Shown: positions 47,649 to 57,259 of the stretch, piece by piece
Layout: every line of letters begins with the position of its first letter
Numbering within the stretch: position 1 is the stretch's first letter
From: Alphaproteobacteria bacterium
GTDB taxonomy: Bacteria; Pseudomonadota; Alphaproteobacteria; UBA9219
Direction of reading: 5' to 3'
Assembly: GCA_028866275.1 (NCBI GenBank)
Contig: JAGWIK010000008.1
Coordinates: forward strand, 10,707-74,706
DNA length: 64,000 nucleotides
Notes under the pieces: model-generated
What the model saw: only the letters and a program-made list of their open reading frames with translations
What the model was told of the DNA's origin: nothing
The model's database searches: none
Made by a program: the position numbers and the translations under genes

Positions 47649-48410
47649 CTAATCGCAGGACTGTTTAACAAGGGCATCGGCAAGTTGTTCGTGCAGGGTG
47701 TTGGCTTGAGCTAGGTGAGCCTTTAGCGCGTCGCATAGAGCTATCAACTCATCGACCTTAGCAACGATGCGCCTTGTCTCTGCGGCGGGGGGGAGTGGCA
47801 CGCATATGTTGCTTAAGATGTCTAGATTGATGTTCTTTTGAGCAGTGGCAGGCGCAAAACTTTCAAGATGTGTTTTTGCTGTTTTGATAAAGAAATCAAA
47901 GTAACGAACTTCAAAAATGTTTTCAAAAGGAAGAAAGCCAACAACACTGTCTGGAAAACACGCCTCAAAGCCAAGCAGCGCGGTGTCCGCAATGTTAGCG
48001 GCAATAGTGATGCACATTGTTCCTTTTGGCCACAGCCTGCTTTGTTCTAACCCACGTTTATTGTAAGAGCTGCTATAAGTTTTTATCCACCCCTTCGCTC
48101 TTGCTACGTCACCGGTTTGAATAAGTGGGTAAGTTCCATTGCTAAAAAGAGCTGGATCATTCCTCGGTCTATGTTTTGATTTTCCACGAGACAATTCACC
48201 TATATCCGGCAGTTTTGTCCATGACCAACCAGTGGGAAGGTCGAAGGGCGCACTGGCTTCGGAAGCACTCTTTATGGATTTGCTAGATTGTTTTCTTTTG
48301 GCCGCAATTAACTCAAGGGATTTGCTTGCTGGTAGTTCAGTAGAATTTTGAGCGACTAACTTCCCCGTTACTGCTAACTGCAAAATTGTTTGTTCTAGCG
48401 TGTTAATGCT
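47649..48410 (-). pseudogene. hsdS: type I restriction specificity subunit HsdS, C-terminal half only
   Basis: SINTLEQTILQLAVTGKLV, FDLPTGWSW, TAQKNIN, PLPP..E..RIVAKVDEL; the reading frame is cut at about 48410 by an IS remnant. Confidence 0.8.
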
Positions 48411-48594
48411 ACAACCTTATCCGCATTCCCAAACTGGTCGCTACATAAGGCGCAATCCGTCCAAAATCGGGATGCAGCCGCGAAAACAAGCCCAGAAACC
48501 GCAAGTACCGCAGAAACAACAACCAAAAACCCGCGTCAAAACCTCGCACCGCAGAAAAATCGTCACATCATCGGGTTTTTCAGCAGACTGCTAG
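48410..48594 (+). mobile_element. IS5-family right-end remnant
   Basis: YNLIRIPKLVAT* (48410-48448) resembles IS5-type transposase C-termini; end CGGGTTTTTCAGCAGACTG (48572-48590) followed by CTAG. Confidence 0.65.
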
Positions 48595-48703
48595 TGGAGA
48601 TGCGCCACTGCTTGCCACCTACGGAAGCCGAGCACTGCCAGATTTTTCCGTCGCCTCGCCGGTAAAGCTGAAGCTTTCCATCCATCAAATTGAGGTCAGC
48701 CAT
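48563..48703 (-). pseudogene. tyrosine integrase N-terminal stub
   Basis: AGGAGG RBS then MADLNLMDGKLQLYRRGDGKIWQCSASVGGKQWRIST, resembling arm-binding N-termini of alphaproteobacterial integrases; runs into the IS end at CTAG. Confidence 0.6.
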
Positions 48704-48813
48704 GGGCACCTCCTGGGTCTGATTCTGGGAGTTCGACCTAAGGGTATCAGGTTTTTATTTCGGCGTTCAGATGTGTTAGCGACGTGCTAGTGATTTTGGA
48801 GGCTTAAAGCGAC

Positions 48814-48837
48814 AAAAGCCGCCCAGAGGGCGGCTTT
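48814..48837 (-). terminator. hairpin downstream of tRNA-fMet
   Basis: AAAAGCCGCCC-AGA-GGGCGGCTTT. Confidence 0.7.
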
Positions 48838-48862
48838 ATCCATTTGATTTATTTATGAAACT

Positions 48863-48939
<77 letters not shown>

Positions 48940-49154
48940 TCACCAAAGGAACGGAAAAACCACCCGTTCGCGTGAAGAGGCGTTCTTTTGGCCCTTCGGC
49001 GGGTAAAAGTCAACCCGCTTTTCTGTCAAACGGCGACATTCGCTTTTCCCGGGGCGCAACAGATGATATGGTCGCGCGTCTTAATCTTAACAAGCCGTGC
49101 GGAATGCCGATGTGGTCTCTTCTCAAGCATAAATTCTCGAAAAAAGAGAAACTG

Positions 49155-49811
49155 GTGGCGAAATGGCGTTTTCGCCATCTCGTGCTGGCATTGATCGTCG
49201 GCATCGCCTTGGCGGGAGTTTTAATTGCCGTGCAAATGGGGCGCGACGTGTCCCGTGTCGATACGATGGATGCGCAAGCCCGCGCCACGGCCGATACCGC
49301 GTTGCCTGTGCCGCCCGACACCGGCAAAATCGGCGGGCCGTTCGCCTTGATTGACCAGGATGGCAAACCCGTTACCGACAAAGACTTTGCCGGAAAAGAC
49401 CTGTTGATCTATTTCGGCTACACATCGTGTCCGGATATGTGCCCGACCGGCCTGCAAAGCATGTCGCGCGCGCTTGACATGCTGGGGGCCGACGCCGACA
49501 AGGTCAAATTGCTGTTTATCACGGTCGACCCGGCGCGCGATACGCCGGATAAGATCAAGGAATATGACGCGGAATTCAGCCCCCGGATCGTCGGCCTGAC
49601 CGGAACGGCCGCGCAAATTGCCGCCGTGGCCAAGGAATATCAGGTTTATTATAAGAAAGAATCCGATGACGAAGATTATGTCGTCGATCATTCGACCCAA
49701 CTCTTTCTTATGGGGCCGTCGAACAATCTGGTGACGACCTTTGACGAACAGGTGCCGCCGCAGGTCATTGTTGACGCGTTGCACAAGCTCTGGGCCCAGA
49801 AAAAGCCATAA
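49155..49811 (+). CDS. SCO1/SenC copper chaperone
   Basis: TM anchor, GGPFALIDQDG, FGYTSCPDMC, VDHS; start uncertain. Confidence 0.92.
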   Translation: MAKWRFRHLVLALIVGIALAGVLIAVQMGRDVSRVDTMDAQARATADTALPVPPDTGKIGGPFALIDQDGKPVTDKDFAGKDLLIYFGYTSCPDMCPTGLQSMSRALDMLGADADKVKLLFITVDPARDTPDKIKEYDAEFSPRIVGLTGTAAQIAAVAKEYQVYYKKESDDEDYVVDHSTQLFLMGPSNNLVTTFDEQVPPQVIVDALHKLWAQKKP

Positions 49812-49817
49812 CAAACC

Positions 49818-49846
49818 TTGACTTGACCGTTCCGGCCCCCTACTTT
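49818..49846 (+). promoter_or_regulatory. putative sigma70 promoter of the F0 operon
   Basis: TTGACT-17 nt-TACTTT about 30 nt before atpB. Confidence 0.55.
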
Positions 49847-49877
49847 GCGGCCAAACGAATCGCGACACGGGCGGAGC

Positions 49878-50624
49878 ATGGCGTCACTTCTTGAAGAATT
49901 CGAAATCCATTCGATCAGCGCACCCCTGTTTTCCGTGGACGGCCACGCCGTCACCTTTACCAATTCCGCTTTGTTTATGGTCATTGCGATCACCGCCTGT
50001 ACGGCGTTGATGGTGGGGGCGATGCGCCCGCAGGCCGTTGTGCCGGGCCGCTGGCAGATGCTGGCCGAAAAAATTTATAATCTTGCCGCCGATATGCTGC
50101 AGGCGGGCGGTGGTGAAAAAGCCCGGCCATTCTTCCCGTTCATCTTTACCATTTTTACCTTTATCCTGTTTTGCAACCTGTTCGGCATGTTGCCGGGGTC
50201 GCTGTCGGTGACCAGCCATATCATCATCAATTTTGCCATCGCGATGTTTTTGTTCGCGGTCATTATCGTCACCGGCTTTGTCCGTCAGGGCTGGCATTTC
50301 CTGTCTTTATTCGTGCCGTCCGGCCTGCCCAAAGTTATGGTGCCGCCGATGGTATTGATCGAAATCCTGTCTTTTGCGGTGCGGCCTTTCAGCCTGTCCA
50401 TCCGGCTTTTCGCCAATATGCTGGCGGGGCATATTTTGTTGCAGGTGTTTGCGGGCATGGCGGCGACCATGCTGGCGGCCGGCTGGCTGGCCGGCTTTAG
50501 CATATTGCCTATGGGCGTCAACATTGCTATCACCGGCTTCGAGTTCTTCGTCGCGTGTTTTCAGGCCTATATCTACGCCATTCTGTCGTCGATATATCTG
50601 CGCGATGCGCTGGAGCATCACTAA
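49878..50624 (+). CDS. atpB: F0F1 ATP synthase subunit a
   Basis: FTNSAL, VPGRWQ, RPFSLSIRLFANMLAGH, QAYIY. Confidence 0.95.
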   Translation: MASLLEEFEIHSISAPLFSVDGHAVTFTNSALFMVIAITACTALMVGAMRPQAVVPGRWQMLAEKIYNLAADMLQAGGGEKARPFFPFIFTIFTFILFCNLFGMLPGSLSVTSHIIINFAIAMFLFAVIIVTGFVRQGWHFLSLFVPSGLPKVMVPPMVLIEILSFAVRPFSLSIRLFANMLAGHILLQVFAGMAATMLAAGWLAGFSILPMGVNIAITGFEFFVACFQAYIYAILSSIYLRDALEHH

Positions 50625-50656
50625 ATCCTAATCCTCTAACATCCGGGAGTAATCTA

Positions 50657-50884
50657 ATGGAAGACAATGGCATGAAATTGGTTGGCGCGGGTATCGCGAT
50701 GATCGGGTCGGCTGGCGCGGGCGTCGGTCTCGGCCTTATCTTCTCGCAATGGATCGCGGCCATTGCCCGCAATCCCGGCGCCGAAGCCAAATTTTCGCGC
50801 ATCGGCTGGATCGGCTTTGCTTTGACCGAACTCGTGCTGCTGATGTGCTTTACGGTGTCGATGATCATCCTGATGGGGAGCTAA
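50657..50884 (+). CDS. atpE: F0F1 ATP synthase subunit c
   Basis: 75 aa hairpin, GAGVGLG, ARNP loop, FALTE carboxylate. Confidence 0.9.
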   Translation: MEDNGMKLVGAGIAMIGSAGAGVGLGLIFSQWIAAIARNPGAEAKFSRIGWIGFALTELVLLMCFTVSMIILMGS

Positions 50885-50889
50885 CCCCC

Positions 50890-51426
50890 ATGCGGCTGTT
50901 CCGCGGCGTCTTCTCCGCTGTTGCCGTAATGGCTACCCTGACCGCCATGCCTGCCTTTGCGCAGGAAGGCGGCAAGGGCCTGCCGCAATTCGACACCAGC
51001 CTGTTCCCGGAACAAATTTTCTGGCTCATCGTCACTTTCGCTTTTCTGTACATTATGATGGCGTTCGTCGCCTTGCCGGGCGTCACCAAGACGCAGGACC
51101 GGCGGGCGCAAACCATCGCGGAAGAAATGAATGCGGCCAGGGTGGCGAACGACGCCGCGCAAAAAGCCGCCGCCGATATGGAAAAAACGCTGGCCGATGC
51201 GCGGTCGCGCGCCAGCCACCATGTCAACGACATGCTGGCCAGTCTGGCCGATGAAACGCTTGAAGAAAAAACGGCAAAAGACCATCAGCTTAAAAACCAT
51301 CTGAACGCCGCGGAATCGAATATCGCCTTGGCGCGTGAAACGGCTTTGCGCAAGCTGCATGGTGAAATTGCCCCCTTGGCCGATGCCATCGTGTCGGCCG
51401 TTTGCTGTAAAGGGGAACGGACATGA
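50890..51426 (+). CDS. F0F1 ATP synthase subunit b'
   Basis: GLPQFD...QIFWL TM followed by a coiled coil. Confidence 0.85.
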   Translation: MRLFRGVFSAVAVMATLTAMPAFAQEGGKGLPQFDTSLFPEQIFWLIVTFAFLYIMMAFVALPGVTKTQDRRAQTIAEEMNAARVANDAAQKAAADMEKTLADARSRASHHVNDMLASLADETLEEKTAKDHQLKNHLNAAESNIALARETALRKLHGEIAPLADAIVSAVCCKGERT

Positions 51427-51935
51427 CAGGGCTGCTCCACAATCCGCAATTCCTCTATGCCGTCGCATTCTGCATTTTCGTGGTTCTGGCTTTCAAATAT
51501 GGCCGCCGGCCGCTTTTCGACTGGCTTGACGCGGGCATAGCGGAAATTCGCACCGAGCTGGAAAAAGCGCGTCAATTGCGCGTCGAAGCCGAAGCGATGC
51601 TGGAATCCTGCAAACAAAGAAAAGCCGAGGCTGACGCCGACGCCCAGGCGATCATCGCGCGCGCCAAACAGCAAGTCGTCCATATGCGCGAACAGGCCAG
51701 AGCCGATTTGGCCGCCGCCATCGCGCGCGACGAACAACTCGTCGAACAACGTATCCGCATGGCTGAAATCGATGCTTTGGCGCAGGTGCGTGCTGCCGCT
51801 GTGGAAGCCGCCATGACAGTGGCGCGCGCGACATTGGAAAAAAACATATCGCCGGATGTCGCCGCCACTTTGGTCGACCAGGCGATCACCGCCGTTGGTG
51901 CGGCCAAATCCGGCATCAAGCCGCGCGCGGCATAA
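51423..51935 (+). CDS. atpF: F0F1 ATP synthase subunit b
   Basis: N-terminal TM, LD...I..EL..A..LR.EAE, AEIDAL..VR. Confidence 0.85.
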   Translation: MTGLLHNPQFLYAVAFCIFVVLAFKYGRRPLFDWLDAGIAEIRTELEKARQLRVEAEAMLESCKQRKAEADADAQAIIARAKQQVVHMREQARADLAAAIARDEQLVEQRIRMAEIDALAQVRAAAVEAAMTVARATLEKNISPDVAATLVDQAITAVGAAKSGIKPRAA

Positions 51936-51959
51936 CAATCCAAACGATGTATCTTTCGT

Positions 51960-54644
51960 TTATGGCTTGGCCGTCATGACCGTCGGCAGGCGGATGACGA
52001 TGCTGGTTCCGACGCCGTTGTCGCCGGGTTTGGCCTTGATGCTGCCCTGATGCGCTTCGACGAAACCACGACAAATCGACAGACCCAGCCCTACGCCGCC
52101 CGACGCGTTCTGGGCGGCGCCGCTTTTAATGCGATAAAACATGTCGAACACACGTTCGCGTTCGCTTTCCGGTATGCCGGGGCCGCGATCCGTCACGGTA
52201 ATTTTCAAATGCGCGCCGCGCGGCTGGACGGTGATGGAAATGGGTTGATCCGGCGGCGAATAGGCGCAGGCATTTTCGATAACGTTGATAAAAACGCGCT
52301 GCAAAAGCGCGGGATCGCCGTCCAGGTCGGGCAAGGCGGCGGGGCAATCGACCCTGACCGTGCGTCCCGCCGTTTGCCGCGACAAATGCGCCAGAACATT
52401 GGATAAAAGCAATTGCGCCGCAATAGGTTGTCGGGACAACCGCACCGCGCCGGTGACGAGTTCCGTCATATCCAGCAGATTCTGGACAAAGCGGTCCAGC
52501 CGCTCGGCTTCGGACTCGATGGAAATCACCAATTTCTGATGTTGGTCAGGCTCAATTTCGTTCCATCGTTTATGCAGGTTGCGCGACATTGATATGATCT
52601 GGTCCAAAGGCCCGCGCAAGTCGCGGCTGATCGACGACAGAAGATTGGCGCGCAATTTCTCCGTTTCCGATTGCAGCCGGGCTTGTTCGACATCGGTTAC
52701 CAATCGCGCACGCTCAATAGCCGCAGCCGCCTGATAGGCAAGACTCGATAAAAACAAATTCTGTTCGGCAGTCAGCGCGGCATTGCGTTCGGGCTTGATG
52801 GCGATCACGCCGACCGCCGTTCCCCCCGCCATCAGCGGCAAGCCGTAAAATGTCGCGCCTGGCAATGTATCCGAACGGAAACCTGCGGGTTTTCCGTGCC
52901 GCCAGGCCCAGTCCATCGCCGCATTCGACGCGGTGTCGAGCCGCAAATCCGTGGGCACTGCCGCCGCGATGTCCAGCCGATCATGGTGCGGCAATAAAAT
53001 GGCCGCTCGCGCGTCCAACGCTGCGGCGACACGGCGTGTCGTGACTTGCGCCACGTCGCCGAGCGTTCCTGCCGCCGCGATGCTTTTGGTGAAATCGTAA
53101 AGAGCCTGGGTGCGCGCGGCGTTGCGGCGCGTCGCCCGCACTTGCCGATGCATTCTGTCGCCGATCAGGCCGATAGCCGCGCCGACGGCAAGAAAAAATA
53201 AAATGGCGACAAAGTCGTGGCTGTGCACGGGCAGGAGATCGAAATCAGGCGCCGTCATCAAAAGATCAAGGGCGACACCGCCAAGGAACGTCGCGAATAT
53301 AGACGGGCCAAGCCCGACATCGTAAGTAATCAGCAAAATGGCAATCAGATAGATAAAGGGCAGGGCCTCGATCCCGATGGCCTGGCTGACAGCGGCGGCA
53401 ACGACACTCGCAATGGCGATGACCAGCGCGCTTTTACCGTAAGAAAGCCAATTCAAATGCCAGTTGCGGCCATCGCGCGGTTCGGCGCGACGGTCGCCGC
53501 TGCGCTTGGCCTCCCCGCTGCTGACCAGCAGAATGTCAAATCCCTCGCCGCGGTCAAGAATCGCGGCGGCGACCGAAGGCCGCGCCAGCCGCGACCACAG
53601 CGACCGCACCGACTTGCCGATGATGATCGTGCTGACATTGCGTTCGCGCGCCACGCGCAGGATTTCACCCGCGATATCTTCGCTGGCCACGGTGACGGTC
53701 TCGCCGCCCATATTTTCGGCGATTTCCAGAGCCTGCGCGACGTCGTTGCGTTGCGAATCCGATTGTGCGCTGTGGCGGCTGGTTTCCACATACATTGCCA
53801 TCCACGGCGCCTGCCGCCGTTCCGCGCTGCGCCGCGCCGTACGCACCAACGCCGTCGCCTGCCCGTCGTCGGATATGCACACCATGATGCGGCTGCTGGT
53901 GGGCCACGGGCCGGTAATGGCGTGCCGGCGCATATAGCTTGCCATGTCGTCGTCGACGCGCGCGGCCGCCTGCCGCAACGCCAGTTCGCGCAACGCCGTC
54001 AAATTGCCGGGCGTGAAAAACCGGTTGATGGCCAGCCGCGCCTGTTCCGGAATGTAAACCTTGCCGTCTTTCAGGCGCTGTAACAATTCTTCGGGCGGCA
54101 GATCGATCAATTCGATGGCATTGGCGCCCTGAATCATCGTGTCGGGCACGGTCTCCCGCACCGTCACGCCGGTGATACGGGCGACGATATCGTTCAGGCT
54201 TTCGACATGCTGGATATTCAATGTGGTATAAACGTCGATGCCGGCGTCCAGAATTTCCTGCACGTCCTGATACCGTTTGCGATGACGCGCGCCCGGAATA
54301 TTGGTGTGGGCCAGCTCGTCAATCAAGGCAAGCGCGGGTTTGCGCTGCATAATGGAATCGATATCCATTTCCTCAAACGGCAGCCCGCGATAAATCAGGC
54401 TTTGCCGCGGGGCGGATTCGATGCCCGCCGCCAAGGCTTCGGTTTCGCTGCGGCGATGGGTTTCGACGATGCCGATGACGGTGTCCACCCCCTCGGCAAT
54501 GCGGGCGCGCGCCGCGCTCAGCATCGCATAGGTTTTTCCGACGCCGGGGGCCGCACCCAGAAATATTTTCAGCTTGCCGCGCTTTTCGTTCTGCGCTTCG
54601 GCCAGCAGGGCATCGGGAGAAGGGCGATTTTCTTCGGATGTCAC
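51960..54644 (-). CDS. kdpD: KdpD sensor with a degenerate HisKA H-box
   Basis: RGKLKIFLGAAPGVGKT, DELAHTN, Usp, 4 TM, GAF, HATPase (N/G1/F/G2 boxes); H-box reads SRDLRGPL. Confidence 0.92.
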   Translation of the reverse strand: MTSEENRPSPDALLAEAQNEKRGKLKIFLGAAPGVGKTYAMLSAARARIAEGVDTVIGIVETHRRSETEALAAGIESAPRQSLIYRGLPFEEMDIDSIMQRKPALALIDELAHTNIPGARHRKRYQDVQEILDAGIDVYTTLNIQHVESLNDIVARITGVTVRETVPDTMIQGANAIELIDLPPEELLQRLKDGKVYIPEQARLAINRFFTPGNLTALRELALRQAAARVDDDMASYMRRHAITGPWPTSSRIMVCISDDGQATALVRTARRSAERRQAPWMAMYVETSRHSAQSDSQRNDVAQALEIAENMGGETVTVASEDIAGEILRVARERNVSTIIIGKSVRSLWSRLARPSVAAAILDRGEGFDILLVSSGEAKRSGDRRAEPRDGRNWHLNWLSYGKSALVIAIASVVAAAVSQAIGIEALPFIYLIAILLITYDVGLGPSIFATFLGGVALDLLMTAPDFDLLPVHSHDFVAILFFLAVGAAIGLIGDRMHRQVRATRRNAARTQALYDFTKSIAAAGTLGDVAQVTTRRVAAALDARAAILLPHHDRLDIAAAVPTDLRLDTASNAAMDWAWRHGKPAGFRSDTLPGATFYGLPLMAGGTAVGVIAIKPERNAALTAEQNLFLSSLAYQAAAAIERARLVTDVEQARLQSETEKLRANLLSSISRDLRGPLDQIISMSRNLHKRWNEIEPDQHQKLVISIESEAERLDRFVQNLLDMTELVTGAVRLSRQPIAAQLLLSNVLAHLSRQTAGRTVRVDCPAALPDLDGDPALLQRVFINVIENACAYSPPDQPISITVQPRGAHLKITVTDRGPGIPESERERVFDMFYRIKSGAAQNASGGVGLGLSICRGFVEAHQGSIKAKPGDNGVGTSIVIRLPTVMTAKP

Positions 54645-55216
54645 GGGGCTTTTGTCTCCAGCATGTCGATCGCGCGGTTCAATGCCAGAACGTTAACCCG
54701 GGGTTCGCCGATAAACCCCAATGTCCGCGGCCTGGTATTTTGGGCAATGATCTGCATCACTTGCGGCGCCGGCAAGCCACGCGCGGCGGCGACGCGCGGC
54801 GCCTCATACTGCGCGGCGGCGACAGAGATGTCGGGATCCAACCCGCTGCCCGATGCCGTCAGCAAATCCGCGGGAATAGGGTTTTTCGAACCATTTGCGC
54901 GCAAAGCCGCGGCGCGCGCGGCGACGGCCTTGATAAAATCCGGCGCGGTCGGCGCCTCGTTGCTGCCCGACGAATTGGCGGCATCGTAACCGTCACCCGC
55001 CGCCGAAGGGCGTCCATGAAAATACCTGTCCGTGGTGAAATTCTGCCCGATCAATTCGGATCCGATGATCGTGTCGCCTTGCGTCACAAGGCTGCCATTG
55101 GCCTGATGCCGGAACAGGCTTTGCCCCAGGCCGGTCATGGCCCACGGATAGGCAAGCCCCGTTATCAAGGTAAACAGGATCACAATGGACAGGCTGGCGC
55201 GGAGTTCCTGAAACAT
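54641..55216 (-). CDS. kdpC: K+-transporting ATPase subunit C
   Basis: QANGSL, GSELIGQ, YFHGRPSA, TASGSGLDPDIS, VNVLALN. Confidence 0.96.
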   Translation of the reverse strand: MFQELRASLSIVILFTLITGLAYPWAMTGLGQSLFRHQANGSLVTQGDTIIGSELIGQNFTTDRYFHGRPSAAGDGYDAANSSGSNEAPTAPDFIKAVAARAAALRANGSKNPIPADLLTASGSGLDPDISVAAAQYEAPRVAAARGLPAPQVMQIIAQNTRPRTLGFIGEPRVNVLALNRAIDMLETKAP

Positions 55217-57250
55217 CTATGCCCCCATGAAAAGGTTGACGATCATATCAATCGCCTTGATGCAGACAAAAGGCACAGCGATCCCGCCGACGCCGTAAAT
55301 CAACAAATTGCGCCGCAGCACCAGGCTGGCGGGCGCCGGCGAATATTTCACCCCGCGCAGCGCCAGCGGCACCAGCGCGATCAGCACCAGCGCGTTGAAA
55401 ATAATGGCCGACAAAATCGCGCTTTGCGGGCTGTGCAAGCGCATAACATTTAACGCCGCCATGCCGGGATAAACCCCCATGAACAAAGCCGGGATAATGG
55501 CAAAATATTTGGCGACGTCGTTGGCGATGGAAAAGGTCGTCAAGGCGCCGCGGCTCATCAAAAGCTGTTTGCCGATCATGACGATTTCGATCAATTTTGT
55601 CGGATCGCTGTCCAGATCGATCATATTGCCGGCTTCGCGCGCCGCCATCGTGCCGGTATTCATCGCCACGCCGACATCGGCCTGCGCCAAAGCGGGGGCA
55701 TCGTTCGACCCGTCGCCGCACATGGCGACCAGCTTGCCCGACGCCTGTTCGCGGCGGATGAGGTCGAGCTTTTTCTCCGGCGACGCTTCGGCCAGAAAAT
55801 CATCTACCCCGGCCTCGGCGGCAATCGCCGCGGCCGTTATGGGGTTGTCGCCGGTAATCATGACAGTGCGAATGCCCATGCGGCGCATCATCATAAACCG
55901 TTCGTGAATGCCGGGCTTGATGATGTCTTTTAAATGCACCGCGCCTAAAATAACTTGATTGCGGGCGACGAGAAGCGGTGTGCCGCCGGTTTTGGCGATG
56001 CGTTCGACGGCCCGCAAAATCTCCGCGCTGCCGCTATTGCCGCTAAGGCGCAGAATGGAATCCGGCGCGCCCTTGCGGATGGAAATGCCGCCGGTATCGA
56101 CGCCGCTAAGCCGGGTGTGGGCGCTGAAGGCGACAAACTGCATATCGGGCGTGCGGCGTTCCACGGCTTTCATGCCGAATTTCTCCTCGGCCAGCCGCAC
56201 GATGGATTTTCCTTCCGGCGTATCGTCGGCCAATGACGATATCATCGCGGCTTCGGCCAGTTCTTCCTCGCTCGCGCCCATGACGGGGATAAACGCGCTG
56301 GCCATGCGGTTGCCCAGCGTGATGGTTCCGGTTTTATCAAGCAGCAACGTGTCAATATCGCCCGACGCTTCGACCGCGCGGCCCGATTTGGCAATGACGT
56401 TGAATGTCACCAGCCTGTCCATGCCCGCAATGCCGATGGCCGAAAGCAGGCCGCCGATCGTCGTGGGGATCAGCGTCACCATCAAGGCGATCAGGTAAAC
56501 CACCGGTATCATCGTCCCGCTATAGGCGGCAAAACCCTGCAGCGTGACGCAAACAATCAGAAAAATCAGCGTCAATCCGACCAGAAGGATGTTCAACGCC
56601 ACTTCGTTGGGCGTTTTCTGCCGCTTCGCGCCTTCGACAAGACCTATCATCTTGTCGAGAAAAGACTCGCCGGGATTGGCGCGGATTTCAATAACGACGC
56701 GGTCGGAAATAATGCGCGTGCCGCCGGTTACCGCCGACCGGTCGCCGCCGGATTCGCGAATGACGGGGGCGGACTCGCCTGTAATGGACGACTCGTCGAC
56801 CGTGGCGATGCCATGCACGATATCGCCGTCGCCGGGGATGATATCGCCCGCTTCGGCGACCACCAGATCGCCTTGCCGCAGTTCGGTCGCCGGCACGGTT
56901 TTGCAAGCCGTCGCGTCGATGGATGCTACTTTCTTGGCCGTGGTTTCCACTTTTGTTTTACGCAGACTGTCGGCCTGCGCCTTGCCGCGTCCTTCGGCCA
57001 GGCTTTCGGCAAAATTGCCGAACAGAACCGTAAACCACATCCATAAAGTGATTTGCAGATTGACGGCAAAAGCTTGTCCGGCCAACGCTTCGCGCAACGT
57101 CAACAACGTGGCCAGAAAACTGCACGCGCCCACGGTAAACATGACGGGGTTGCGTGCCAGCTGGCGCGGATCGAGTTTGACAAACGACCCGCGCACGGCA
57201 TCGCGGATCAAGGCGGGGTCGAACAGGGCGGCTGTGGTTTTCTTGGCCAT
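55217..57250 (-). CDS. kdpB: K+-transporting ATPase subunit B
   Basis: [34 protein letters not shown]. Confidence 0.98.
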   Translation of the reverse strand: MAKKTTAALFDPALIRDAVRGSFVKLDPRQLARNPVMFTVGACSFLATLLTLREALAGQAFAVNLQITLWMWFTVLFGNFAESLAEGRGKAQADSLRKTKVETTAKKVASIDATACKTVPATELRQGDLVVAEAGDIIPGDGDIVHGIATVDESSITGESAPVIRESGGDRSAVTGGTRIISDRVVIEIRANPGESFLDKMIGLVEGAKRQKTPNEVALNILLVGLTLIFLIVCVTLQGFAAYSGTMIPVVYLIALMVTLIPTTIGGLLSAIGIAGMDRLVTFNVIAKSGRAVEASGDIDTLLLDKTGTITLGNRMASAFIPVMGASEEELAEAAMISSLADDTPEGKSIVRLAEEKFGMKAVERRTPDMQFVAFSAHTRLSGVDTGGISIRKGAPDSILRLSGNSGSAEILRAVERIAKTGGTPLLVARNQVILGAVHLKDIIKPGIHERFMMMRRMGIRTVMITGDNPITAAAIAAEAGVDDFLAEASPEKKLDLIRREQASGKLVAMCGDGSNDAPALAQADVGVAMNTGTMAAREAGNMIDLDSDPTKLIEIVMIGKQLLMSRGALTTFSIANDVAKYFAIIPALFMGVYPGMAALNVMRLHSPQSAILSAIIFNALVLIALVPLALRGVKYSPAPASLVLRRNLLIYGVGGIAVPFVCIKAIDMIVNLFMGA

Positions 57251-57259
57251 TTTTGAATC

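Noticed and set aside
48400..48594. 64-aa ORF MLMLQPYPH...
   Set aside because: Chance frame across the IS remnant; the transposase-like codons are in a different frame.
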